A stretch of 64,000 bases of DNA, taken from Trichoplax adhaerens. Its lineage: Eukaryota; Animalia; Placozoa. Positions 13,246 through 26,015 of this stretch are shown one piece after another. Position 1 is the stretch's first letter. The number at the start of each line of letters is the position of its first letter. The position numbers and the translations under genes are program-made. The notes beneath the pieces were generated by a model. It saw nothing but the letters and a program-made list of their open reading frames with translations, did not search any database and had not been told where the DNA came from. The stretch covers positions 7,546,829 through 7,610,828 of the forward strand of contig NW_002060946.1 in NCBI RefSeq assembly GCF_000150275.1. Direction: 5' to 3'.

Positions 13246-16072
13246 GCTGAATAGTTTGTACTCCTGCTATTAATTGAACACTTACGATCAAGATGCCAGC
13301 TCCCATCATGAGTGCTTTGTTTTTTACATCGAGATCCATCGGAACTGCTCCAAATAGTGTCAAACGAAATAATATTTACAGTAAGCAACGTAAACAAGCT
13401 AGAACATGTGATATTTTTAATGGTAATTGCAGATTATTTCTAAATTATATATAACGACTAGCTAATAATGTACTATAAAAATAGATTGTAATCGATTTAA
13501 TAAAATTTTTATCGACATTTTATCAAATAACAACCATAGGCCTGTACAGTATTTATTATTAAATAACAAGTAAAATAGGTTTTATCAATAATTTTGATTT
13601 AGCTTTCTTAGAACTTGTATGATTAGCTAAAGGCTACTAATTATAGAATTATGTCATATCTACCACTAATCAAATATATATTCTAATAATAGCAAACTTT
13701 GCTACTTACAGTTGATATCTAAACGATCTTGGCTAACTACAGATCGCATTCCAGACCAACCCTTAACAATTGAACCCACGTTTTGACCATCAGTATCAAC
13801 AACCTGCAGGAATGGATCAGTTTTTAATATAATTTTATCGAAGCATGTCGCTAGAACTACAGTAAATTAAGGCGAAAACTCTCTTAGCAGACAATATTTA
13901 GCTTTCAATTATAGTATAGCATTTGTAATGTAGCTTGATGAACATGTACTGCTTGGATATATTACTTTATTTATGATAGTCTTGAAAGGATAGATAGTTT
14001 AACATACTGTAGACATGTACAACCTGAAAAAGCATTCGATTAAAGTAGCTGAAATTATCTATCTCATGATATAATAATTAATTAATTAATAATGTATATT
14101 ATGGTAAAAATATTAAAATTTTGTAATTCCTACATCAAACGTATAGTTTGTTCTTTGCATGCAAGCGCATACTCCAAATGGACCATTGACGTTAAAGATT
14201 TTATTCTTTTCAGTATCCAAAACTTGAAATTTTGGTCCAATTCTTGCAGTCCTATCGACAATAGGAAGACACCGTTACATAATCTAATCGCAATCATGGA
14301 ATTATTATAAATATCTAAAACTTTATTATTTATGAGTAATATCATACTTGGATATTTGTAGAACAGTGATTTAACTATACAGTCTAAGCGAAATTATGTA
14401 CGGTCCATATTCATGACAGTAATCAGGTCATAATGTGGTAAATCAAAGAAACTATGTCCTTACTGACGAATGGAGCCAATTGCATTGCCGGTCGGTGATT
14501 CTATCGTCATATCTTCCATGCAGTCTGTGAAACAACAACAGCAGCAGCAGAGTCCACAGCGATATGGTCGGGAGTAATGCATAACTTCTTTATCGTTAGC
14601 GTCAAGTATCTTCATGTGAAAGAGACGAGAACAGCAATTGCAGCTGAATGGAGTCGGCACTATAATTAAAAGGTAATCATTATAATGCATTATTTTTAAA
14701 TTAAATGCAACATGTTATCATTATTATTTTAATAGAGCGACCAGCCCAGTAAAGACGAATTTAAATTCTTATAGATAAGTCTGTAGATAAATTAGTGTAC
14801 TGATATGTTTAGTCCATCAGGATTCAGTACAATTAGTGACTGTCCCTAGAAGTAACTATCATATAGAGTATTTTTATCATAACGAACAATACGATCGTAT
14901 GTGTATGGGATCCTTCACAATTTTATAACGATGTTGTTGGAATAAGACTGCAGTAAAAGATGCTCTTGACAGACTTTTTTATTCGCAAGTTTTCTAACAT
15001 TTCAATATCGTAGCGTATCAAATTTCTAAATTTGTGCTTTACAGTAACTAGCGGAATATTTCTTATAGAAACACAATAAGTGAAACGTTAGGAAAGTTTA
15101 TAGCAAAGTCTTTGAATATAAAGCAAAATAAATCTCTGATGTTGTGTTTTATGTTTAATTATTTAATTAAAAGTAGTATTTGTGAATATTTATCTGATCG
15201 GCTAGATTACTATCGATGTCATAAGTTTATCGTTCAACCTTGTCAACCAACGAGCAATGGACGTCTTATTTATTCAAGAACAATGCTTAAATGTAGCTCA
15301 TGTAACCGATGTAGTTTACCTTCAGCAAGAAAGAAGACTTCCTGGCCGAACTTATTCTTCGCATCATAACGATTGGCCATATCTATTCCTCTCATTACTG
15401 TTGATAACATCGCAGATAATAAAGATTAGCATTAATATTGAAGAATTGTTATTAGTACAATATAAGCGAATAAGGATCGCTTAAGTGGAAGCAGATCCAT
15501 AAGAAGAATGAACTATTGGAAGATATTACTGTATTGCATTGCTAATACGATCGGTTCATTATTATTATTCTATAACACATTGTTTCTAACTGCTATGATG
15601 ATGATGCGATATCTCAAGTCTTACATTCTACGATATTGAGTCTCTGCATAATAATAATTTGATCAAGCTGTGTTAAACATTCTAGGCCTGGTGGACAGCT
15701 AGGCGATGGTGGTGGCGGCATCATCCATTGCATCTGCTGCTGCTGCTGCTGTAGTCCCATCAAAGCCAAATTTGGTACTTCAGTAGCTCTATAGGCAGCA
15801 GTACCAGGTTGATGTAATGTTACTTGATTCATTTGCAATGGCGCTGGATTATTCATCATTAAGGGTGGGTTCGCCATCGATGGATTGGCAGGATACGGTG
15901 GATTGGCTGGATTGTAGGGTGGGTTCGCCATCGATGGATTAGCTGGATAAGGTGGATTGACTGGATTGTAGCCAAGCGGTTGTTGAGTAATAGGCAGAGG
16001 AGGAGGAGGAGGATTATAATTATCATTATCCGTTGGCACAGGCCCTTTGGTATCTTCACTGGGAGCTTCCAT
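13142..16072 (-). CDS. PLSCR: Phospholipid scramblase (PLSCR family) paralog 1, intact, 7 exons
   Basis: Pro-rich N-terminus, CPPGLECLTQLDQIII, NRYDAKNKFGQEVFFLAE, RPYRCGLCCCCCC, ESPTGNAIGSIRQ, GSIVKGWSG, FPMDLDVKNKALMMGAGILIDYMLFQ. Exons 16072-15625, ~15397-15320, ~14659-14464, ~14251-14134, ~13803-13710, ~13344-13286, 13189-13142. Confidence 0.93.
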
Positions 16073-16711
16073 GGATAGTTGTAGCCGTACGTGTCTATCT
16101 TCACTTCTTTAATGACAGAGATGAATACTGATTTTAGATTGGACTTTTTGATTTGATCAGGCAATCCAATGCAAGCCAATAACTCCAACTGGATGATGAG
16201 AAAAGATCCGTACTGCTATTTTTATTTATATATAATTACTGTATACTTTAGTACTATAATTCAATACAGTACAGTACAGTATATTCGACGTCAGGGCGTG
16301 GTGCGAGGGATCAGCCTCCACCCTTTAATAACTATTATACTGTACTGTACTCAACGTCTGCCTAAAGTTTGCGCAGACGCAGTATACGATAACCAGAGGC
16401 TTGTAATGGTAGAAATATTCTTCTTCTTAACCCTTTCATTTGCGCAGCCGCGAGAATGGATTCCATCCATCCAATACACAATATGGTGAACAGTAGTCAA
16501 AACGTCTCTGCCTCGACCCCATGGTGTTGGTTGTACAGTATGAGGATTGGATGACAGGGATCCGGTAGTCCCTCAGTCCGAGCGCAATTCAAACGGATCA
16601 TGTGGAACATGTTCTAAAGGTACGCACTTAGGTGGACACAAGGGCTTTGATCTTGCTCAAGCTGGCACTCAATCCTTACCTTTCACATTGGCAGAAAAGC
16701 ACCAGTAAAAG
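16073..16711. promoter_or_regulatory. Putative bidirectional promoter scramblase/NOMO
   Basis: Head-to-head ATGs 640 bp apart; locally higher GC/CpG. CRE-like GACGTCA (16287-16293) abuts an Sp/KLF-type GGGCGTGG (16294-16301). Confidence 0.55.
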
Positions 16712-19700
16712 ATGAAAACGACTGGTGTTTACCCTTTCTCTTTAATATTACTAACATTGTGTTATGTTTCTTGCCAAAATGATGTTCTCATCGGTTGTGG
16801 TGGCTTTGTCAAGTCGGATATTGATATCGATTACACTCAAGTTAAGGTACGCGCATCAGATACTAGAGGTACAATGGCACCAGCACGATGGATGTAATAC
16901 GACAGATTCTAAATCTCTTCACCATAATGCCTCCAAAATGAGTCTCAAATAGAATATTCAAGTCATTTCAGTTCACAAAAATATTAATTATGACTTGACT
17001 ATGATTGACTAAACTGATGATTGAATTGGACTGTCTGTCGTTTCTTGAATATGGTTCTAATCCTTTCTTATGTTAAGATTGATGCGTATACTTGACTATA
17101 GTACGCGTAATCGTAATCATGGTGACAGAATGTCCATGATATTTGAGTAGGACTGTAAAAATAGCACTAATGAAACACGCTTTGAACTGAAATTTAGAAT
17201 TTTCCTGTAATTCCTCTATAATCTATCGTTATTATAATCTAACCTACTACTGTAAATGGGATGATGATTGGCAAGAATGATAATGATGTGCATACGTACT
17301 GTTTTGCAATGTTCATTGGCCATTGTAGCAAATAGACTATCTTGAATGCAAGAGGAAAAATGTCGTACCTAGCCATAGCACAGAAATGTTGTTTTGAACG
17401 TTATAATTTTCCGATACTATCCTTTAAGATCATGTGAATTTTATGCTGGCTAGCTGGCTATAGCGGCATTAACATGCACTCGTTATCTGTTACAAATTAG
17501 CTTAAGCTCAATCGACACGGTCTTATTTCACAAGGTCGTATGATGAATCTTGCAGATTTACAAGGCTATGGAATTTAGATAAATGTTGCAAGTTAACTCC
17601 TAATTTATGAACCAGCTACCTATAATTATAGCCTTATGCATGTATGAACGTAATAATACATGCGAACATGTATTATTTCATACTAGTGCTGAGTATACTT
17701 CCAAATATGAAATTTCTGTATATTATGTATTACGTGTAGTAAACTGCACAATAATTCAAGTTCAGTTTTGCACTATTATAAAGAAAACATTTACGTGGAA
17801 TAATGTATAGTTGCTAGACTTGTTTGCTATCTATGTTCAATAAATGCAATAAGTATTATCTGGTTGAGGTTTGCAACCACTTGTAAATCTATCATAACAA
17901 TTCAAGTTTCTATTCGTTTTCATAGGTCCAGTTGATCACCAAATATGGTAGTGTTAAAGATGAAATTGCTTGTGCTCCTACTAGCGGCTATTTTATGATA
18001 CCTATCTATGATAAGGTAAATTGTTCACAGTAGTGTAAAGCTCTGAAATTCTAGTCGTACGCGTATGTGTTTAGCTAATAGCACTCGCTATTTCACATAC
18101 CGGTAGTATTACGTTGACAATAATAATGAGTAAGCTTCTGTTATTGTGGCATTTACAGCGAATTGCTTCTTCTTTTTAGGGAGAATTTACCTTGAAGGTC
18201 TCTCCACCACAAAATTGGGATTTTGGTAATTATCTTCATATCAATCGGATCAATTATCAGTCAGAGACTTTTATGTATTACATTTAAAATAAGTCATGGC
18301 TTTTTGCGTTAAAGATATCTTCGATAATTATCACATTATTGAGTAATTGCTGAATTTACTAATATATTATGACAATTTAGTATATGCGTGACAAATAGGA
18401 TTAGCATCACGACTTTAAAGCAATATTATACGTTATACAAGTGCCTGTAACTCTCGATTTTTTCTATCAATTCAAGAACTTTCCTTACAACTTCTTATTA
18501 GTGACTTGATACTACCGATTTCGTTTGATGGTTATTGAATATTACGCTTTACAACTGGATTATCGCCTTATCTATATGCTTTACCGCATTATTAGCTATC
18601 GTTAAACAGTATTTTTTTGTCCTTTATCCTTATTGAAATTGTAGATCCAACCGAAATCAAATTAAACATAGACGGGAAGACAGATCCTTGTAGCAATAAT
18701 CGTGATATCAATTTTACGTTCAAGGGCATTACGATAACTGGCAGGGTACGTCCATTTACATACTCGAAATAGCTTCAGTAGTGATTTGATACCTTGTACT
18801 TTATTCTTGCCACACTATTATCAATGAAAATGAGGAACAAGAACCCTTCCTAATTTACCTTAAATCTTTTTATAGATTCTTAGTGAAGGTCTCATGGATG
18901 GTCCAGCTGGTGTCGCTGTGACCCTAAGTCAAGGCGGTAAGACATTCCTTAGCTCTGTAACTATATTATCTATCATTTTGGATTTATAGTTACTGTTTTC
19001 ATTCAATAGATACCGTTGTTCAAACAACAAAATCTACCGATGGCGGAAGGTGAACATGGAGTTTTCTTGTCTTTCTTAGTTTAAACGTTATAAAAACTTT
19101 TTGCATACTTTGGCTTCATGTACCTACTTTGTTATATTGCTTTGAAGCTGACTACTCGATCAGTGTTTAAATTATCCTTAACTTCTAGCTTATTTTTAAC
19201 AGATATGTGTTTCATCAAGTCAAGCCTGGTCATTATGAAATTAAGACTAGCCATGATAAATGGACATTTTCTAAAGTTAGTTTCAATCTTCATATGTTCA
19301 TAATATTGAATAATATTGGTGGTTAAAAGTACATGTATTAAAAGAGTTGTTATTTCTCGTATTTAAAGTCGCAAACGACCATTGATGCCAAAATTGGAAG
19401 CACCAGTGTAACCGAAGATATGATTATCTCGGGATATGACGTTCAGGTAAGTACCAGTCGTGGTTATTGAAAGCATCTACCATTCACTTTCCATTAATGG
19501 CACATGTTAGTGTGCATCAGTCTGGCACCATTTCTAGTTAGAAATAAAAGGTTACTTTGTAATATACTACGACTTAGGCTGACGTAATGAGCGATGGATT
19601 GCCTATCCAAGGTGTTCGATTTTTCCTGTATCAAGTCGATTCAAAAGTATATACGATCATAAAATTAACTTCTACTCAGTGTACCAAACGGAGTCTTTAA

Positions 19701-22700
19701 TTTTCACCCCATCTTACAAACATTATGATCTCTTTTATAGGGAAAAGTGACTGAATGTGATTCAATTGAAAAAAATCTGGCTACCCCAGGTCAAATTAAT
19801 GGATTATCTCCTCTTTGTTATCGGATTTCGGATCAGCAAGGGTTGGTTAATTTTCCTTCCCTTCCACCTGGACAGTATATTTTGGTAAGCATTTGTGACA
19901 GTCAGTAAAATCTGTATCCAAAACTTATGCAGTACATTTTCAATTGCTAGGTTCCTTATTACCGAAGTGAAGAAATCGTATTTGATGTTGTACCTGCTCA
20001 AGTACCCGTAACCGTTGCGAGTAGTAGTGTTAAAATTCAGGTAGGAGTAGTTACATTTATGGAGGTTGCGTGTATATCATATTGATTTTCATCTATTCTT
20101 ATTGTAAAGCCAAATTTTCAAGTGCACGGTTTTACTATTGGTGGTCGCGTGCTAGCTTATCGAGAGGTAACGTTGCGATTAATGGTCGCTATCTAATAAA
20201 CATTGATTGATATGTTAATATTAACGTTAACGACTGCATGTGCCATGTAGGGAAAAGGTATAGTTGATGCTTCTATTCAAATCAATGGGAAACCTGTTAC
20301 TTCTACTGGTAAAGATGGGAAATACTTGCTTGTCAATGTAACCAGTGGGACTTACACGATTACGGTAGAAGATACAAATTAATAAATTATTCTATTAGCA
20401 AAATATCCCTTTATTTCTTTAAGATTGCATTACATGCTTATATTTCTATTGTTTTTATTCGCTTCATTTACAGGTTAGTAAGCCTTATTATTTTTTTGAA
20501 CCCTTTGTGACGAAAATAACTCCTAGTACACCTGCCCTAGAAGATATCGTAGCAACAAGGTGACCCTTGATTCAAACATTTTGTACAAATTTTTGGGTAT
20601 GATAATCTGCGTTATACTTTATTAAAGCAGTTCATTTCATATATATTTATTTTTCCCTAGATACAATTTATGTGGATTAATCGAAATTACTGATTTACCT
20701 AACGAGGTTATGAAGGTATAATGATTATTGATTGCTCAGAAAGCACCATTGCACAAATACACTCGGAATGAAAATTTAAAATAATCCTATCTCAATAATT
20801 TTCTTGGATTTTGCATACGTCTGGGTTAGAGTAAAAAACGAAAAGTGAATATGTCTCCTGTTGGAAGTAAAAGCACTGAGGTTACAATTTTATCCAATGA
20901 AAATGGTTCATTTTGCTTCCAAGTTTCTCCCGGCGAATATATCGTAAAGGTATGCATGATAGTTTTATTGTAATAGATTGATGGAAAACCAGTACATCCT
21001 TTTGTAGAATTATGATGCAGTTTTTATCATTCTTGGTTTCATGATATATGCTTTCATTCCAAGGCTGTACCGGATGATGATGATAAAAGCAAAGGTGTCA
21101 TGTTTACGCCACCGAGTAAGCAGGTGACAGTCAAAGACGAGCCAGTTTTTGGTGTTAAATTTGGCCAATTTAAGACTACCGTTAGCGGCAAGGTTAAATT
21201 CTTAGGTACGTACATATAATCTACAGTGGTAATTAATATAGAATTGCCTGACAGGCGTAGATTAGGATTTACGAGCTTATTGTTTTTTACTGTAGAGGGA
21301 TTTCATGGTAATAAAGACACTACCATATATTTACGGGATACAGAACGATCAGGACATGTTCACCAAGCTGTTGCGGTTAGTTAGCCTGTCTAAATAATAT
21401 TGTTTACATTGCGTACCAAATGTCAGCCCGGCTGATTCTTACAAAGTCCTTGCATGTGATCGTCATTACTTGTTTACTTTAGAAATTAACTGGTGATAAC
21501 TTGGTTGCTCAATTCATATTTGAAGACGTTTTACCTGGAAAATACAATGGTAATTTTAGCTTTCTTTGTAGTAGTTGTACATTTTCTTTGTAATTTTCAT
21601 TATTGATTAACTGTTTACAACACGATTAAATCTGTTAGCTGCCGTTACACGGAAAGACGTATGCTGGAAATCAGAGGAGCTACCTTTCACCGTACTGGAT
21701 AATGATATCGATGGTATACAATTTGAACAGAATGGCTTTGTTCTTAGTGCTGTTACATCGCATTCGTTTTACGCGGTAGGGTAGAAAGTTTGTTGCCTGA
21801 GGTTACTGTAATGATCGCCAGAGAAACTTTTTTATGCCTGTATTTCCTGTCATATTACAGTATTATTCTTCGGAGGGCGATAAAGAGAAGACTGAATGCA
21901 AATTTAACAAAGGCTTGAATAGGATGTGCTTACCAAATGCCGGTACGTTGAATGTTCACTTCTATTTTCGTTAAGTGATGGAACGTTTTATAAAATAGTT
22001 TGGTAATAAATATATAGGACGATATGAGATATCACCAGCAAGTTGTTATATCTTCCAGCAAAATGAATATTCGTATGATACGTAAGTGAAAATGAATAAA
22101 TAATACTAAGTACCTAAACAACTTAGCTATATTCTAAAACTCGTTAGTCTTGCAATTAAATGTACCACTGTTTCATCAAATCTAAAATTATATTTTCAGG
22201 ACTTCGACCTCAACTTTGAGTATGACTGCAGTTGATTATAGAGTAATTGGTTCGGTAATTTCATTCGCAGATGCCAAAGATATCATGATAAAAATAAAGT
22301 AAAGTTTAATATTTCAGATGAAACTCATTTAACAAATGTTACCTTGAGTCGTGAAGGGTAGTTCCTTTCAGCGATCTATCGACTACTATTGATACCCTTT
22401 ATTGCTTTAACAGATTTACAAATAAAGAAAAAGAAGATATTGTTCTAGGGCCGTTAGAGGCTAGACCTCTCGGTCAATTGTTAAAATTTGACTTCCAATT
22501 TATTTTGAGGTTAGTTTGCCTGCTACCCGTGACAGTTATTTCTCCATACGTTCTCTCTCTCTCGCTCTCTTGAATATAAATAAGTTATGCTTTTTAATTA
22601 AACTTGCAGGCCTGGCGATAGCGTATCCGTATTACCGTCTTCGGAGACACTTCTATTTGATCCATCAAAGATTGACTTTACTTTAAATGAAGGTATGCCA

Positions 22701-25255
22701 ACATTTTTAATTTTATGAGATTTGTTATGCCATATCAGTACATAGTATATTTTGGATTTATTAAATTTACTAATTTATTGCTAATTAATTCCAAACGTAT
22801 TCATATTCTTCACTTTCCTTGAAATTTAGATAAGGAATGTCCTATATCGATTGGTGCATTTGATGCTTCGAAAGGCGAGATAATTGTTGGTAAAATTGAA
22901 CCTGTAGTAAATGATGTTGAAATCAGGTTGCATGAAGCTGGTTCGGATGTTGTACTGTTGACCACTACAACTAATCAACAAGGAGAATATAGGTAGCTAT
23001 ATTTTTAATTTTATTATTCGATTAGATATTCTAATAGCAAGCACTTTTGTCCTAGGTTTGGTCCCTTAGCAGGAAATAAAAATTACGACGTTGTTAGTGA
23101 ATTTTTACCTTGACCCTTTAACACAAACTAATATAGCACACTATTATAACATTTTTAAATTGACTTTGTGTTAACTCACCGCAGACTGCTTCGAAGCCTG
23201 GTTATGTTTTTACTCCAACGCTTGACAATAAAAGAGATTTTAAGGCTTCTAAACAAGGAGAAATTGTAATAAAAGTAAGCTTGCTTTCTTAAAGTGTAGT
23301 ATAGATATTGCGGCCTAAATACAGCGCAGAATGAATCGCGTAGACATCCTACTAACTTTATTAATTCGGTATCAGGTTGCATCAGAGGATGGACAACCAA
23401 TGTCTGGTGTACTATTCTCTTTAAGTGGCCAAAACTTTCGATCTAATAATATAACGTCTGAAACTGGGGAAATTCAGTATCTAAACTTGGTAATATCCTT
23501 AATTGTATAATATTGTGATTAACGTATTTATACAAGACATCTGTAATCTTCTCTTTTGCTAGCCTTCTGCACAATATTATTTCCGACCTTTACTGAAAGA
23601 GTATTCGTTCGAGCCTGCAATGCAATTAATTTCAGTAGATGAAGGAATGACAGTCAATGTAGAGGTTAAAGGATATCGTGTAGCTTATAGCTGCTATGGT
23701 AAACTGTCTTCACTAAACGGCGAACCTGAAGTAGACGTAGTCGTAAGAGTAAGTTACTTTCCTGAGATTATATGTAACTATGGCTCTGTGTAGCTAGCTG
23801 CAACTTTTCAATTAATGGAATCGAAACGTTACTATTTTGTTATGCAAAAGGCGATAGGAATTAATAATTGCGAAAATAGTCGAGAAGAAGCAACCACAAC
23901 TATAAATGGAACATTTAGAATTCGAGGGCTTAAAGTAATATTAAAGTATTAGATGCAATAAAATGGACATTTACGATTGCATTACTAAATGCACTATTAA
24001 ATATTTCAGCCAAATTGCTCTTATTCCGTGCAAGTTGCTGAGGAAAATAGTGATATCATAAGCAGATCTATCCCTGATAAGCGTGTAATTGAAAAGGTAA
24101 AGGTTTTTACTTTGATATCTGAATCGTTCAGCAACTTCAACTTTCTTTACTTGGTAAGTATATTTAGTGCGGATTGCTTACTTTTTAGGTTGAAGATCAA
24201 GATATTACGGACGTCAATATAATTACAATCAGAAGTTCTGGTCAAATGGAAATCAGCGGAACTGTATTTACGGAAGATAAATATTTGCATACTATTAAGG
24301 TCGACATAGATTTTGACTGAAATTAAAGAAATGAATAAGCTTATTATGTTTAAAATGTGTCAACATGTGGATGTTGTTACGTGTTTATATACTGCACAAT
24401 CAATTCAAATGCCAAATGGTTCAATATTGTGCTAAATTTATCGATTCATATTAGGTCCTTGCTGTCATGATACAAGTGTACTTTTGTAATAAATATAGGC
24501 TCTCCTCTATAACGAAAATAATATGGACTCACCAGTCCAATCAGTAGCTCTTGGTGATAATCATTACTTTCATTTTAAGCCATTGCCAAGGGACGGAAAG
24601 GTAAATGAAGGATTACTACTTTTGCTTTAAAATGTGTAAAGATTCTAATACGCTTACAATAATCCTTTGCAGAGCTACATTTTGCGTATCCAATCCATGC
24701 TATCTCTAGTTACCTATTCGTACAAAACCTTGGAAACTGATTCCTTCACCGCAACTCAACATCGTCGACATTTTCATTTTAATTTCTCAGCTGCGGTATG
24801 TATAACCCTAAATTAATATTGGCATTTATCTACTGTATCTATGCAAATGTCTCTTGTACGCGTATATTGATACATTACGTATAATTATAACACATATTAT
24901 TTGCTAATTATAATTATCGTTTATATTCCGCAATATAATAATAGATAAGACAGATCGATCCTGAGCCATCCCAAGGTTCATTTTTAATTATCCCGTTTAT
25001 TTTAGTTATTGCGATTGCTTTTAACTTTACAAAGGTAAGTATTTTATCAAGCCATAAAGCACATGTCTATCAATTTTTGCATTTTAGATTCTTTTAGATC
25101 AATTTCATTTATTTGGCTTCATTTTAATCACTGTTCTTGTGCGACAGGTTTCTCAATATGTGAAGTCTCTTATTGAAGCGTATAATAGCCGGCAGCAATC
25201 TTCTACAAGCGAAGAAAATGTCAAAGCAAAGAAAAAGCATGGCAAACATCGTTAA
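16712..25255 (+). CDS. NOMO1: Nodal modulator (BOS complex subunit), multi-exon
   Basis: Signal peptide, then DVLIGCGGFVKSDIDIDYTQVKVQLITKYGSVKDEIACAPTSGYFMIPIYDKG, later GVLFSLSGQNFRSN and QYYFRPLLKEY, a C-terminal TM helix and a basic tail ending KKKHGKHR*. Confidence 0.95.
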
Positions 25256-26015
25256 TTTTCTTTTCGTATTGTGATTTGCGTCCATAAGCCTAATCTAAGC
25301 GATGTTATTGTCACTATTTGGTTTTATCCCTTTTAACTACTCACTTTTGTTACTGTATGTTCATAGTTAATATTTGCTGGCGTACTTAGAACTATATTAT
25401 ACCTTTCAAAATCTTTCTTACGCGATTTGCAGATTGTATTTATTAAAGAAGTTTCAATATAACATTTTAATTATTGAAAATAAAATGTATACCGGCTTTT
25501 GTACGTTGAACCATAGTAGAACCATTCGTAACATTATACGTCAACAAAAATAAGTCGGCGATAAGTGACGTTCGAGTCGTACTATTTATCGTATTTTAAA
25601 TGACGGCATAAAAGTCAAAAATATAGTATTTAGGTATAGTCATTGTTAAATCAAGTTTCTTTTAAGTCAATTGTACAATGTACATATATTATTTACAATT
25701 TCAATTACTAGAAAATCATCAACCGCGAATGTCCGCTTGTGGTAGGATATTAAATATCGTCGTGTAATAATTATTGTTATAAGTTAGATGCGGTTTACAT
25801 TGATAAAGAAACCAGTATTTTGCAATTATGTCTAGCACGATACCGTACGCTTAAGAACGTACTGGCAGAAGTTAATGTTAACAAGTCTTCATTACCATAT
25901 TATTTAAATATTATTTAAAAAGCAATAATAATAATTAGGTAGAGTACAAGTCGATGACAACGTAGAGAATGTAAACAAAACATAAAACAGAAGTCAAGTA
26001 TAGACATCTATGAAA

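Noticed and set aside
16596-16614. p53 response element (GAACATGTTC)
   Set aside because: Only one half-site; the neighbouring CATG is mis-spaced and mismatched.
23490-23562. ATATCCTT suggesting a U12 AT-AC intron in NOMO
   Set aside because: The ordinary GT-AG splice gives NL|PSAQYYF, colinear with known NOMO sequence.
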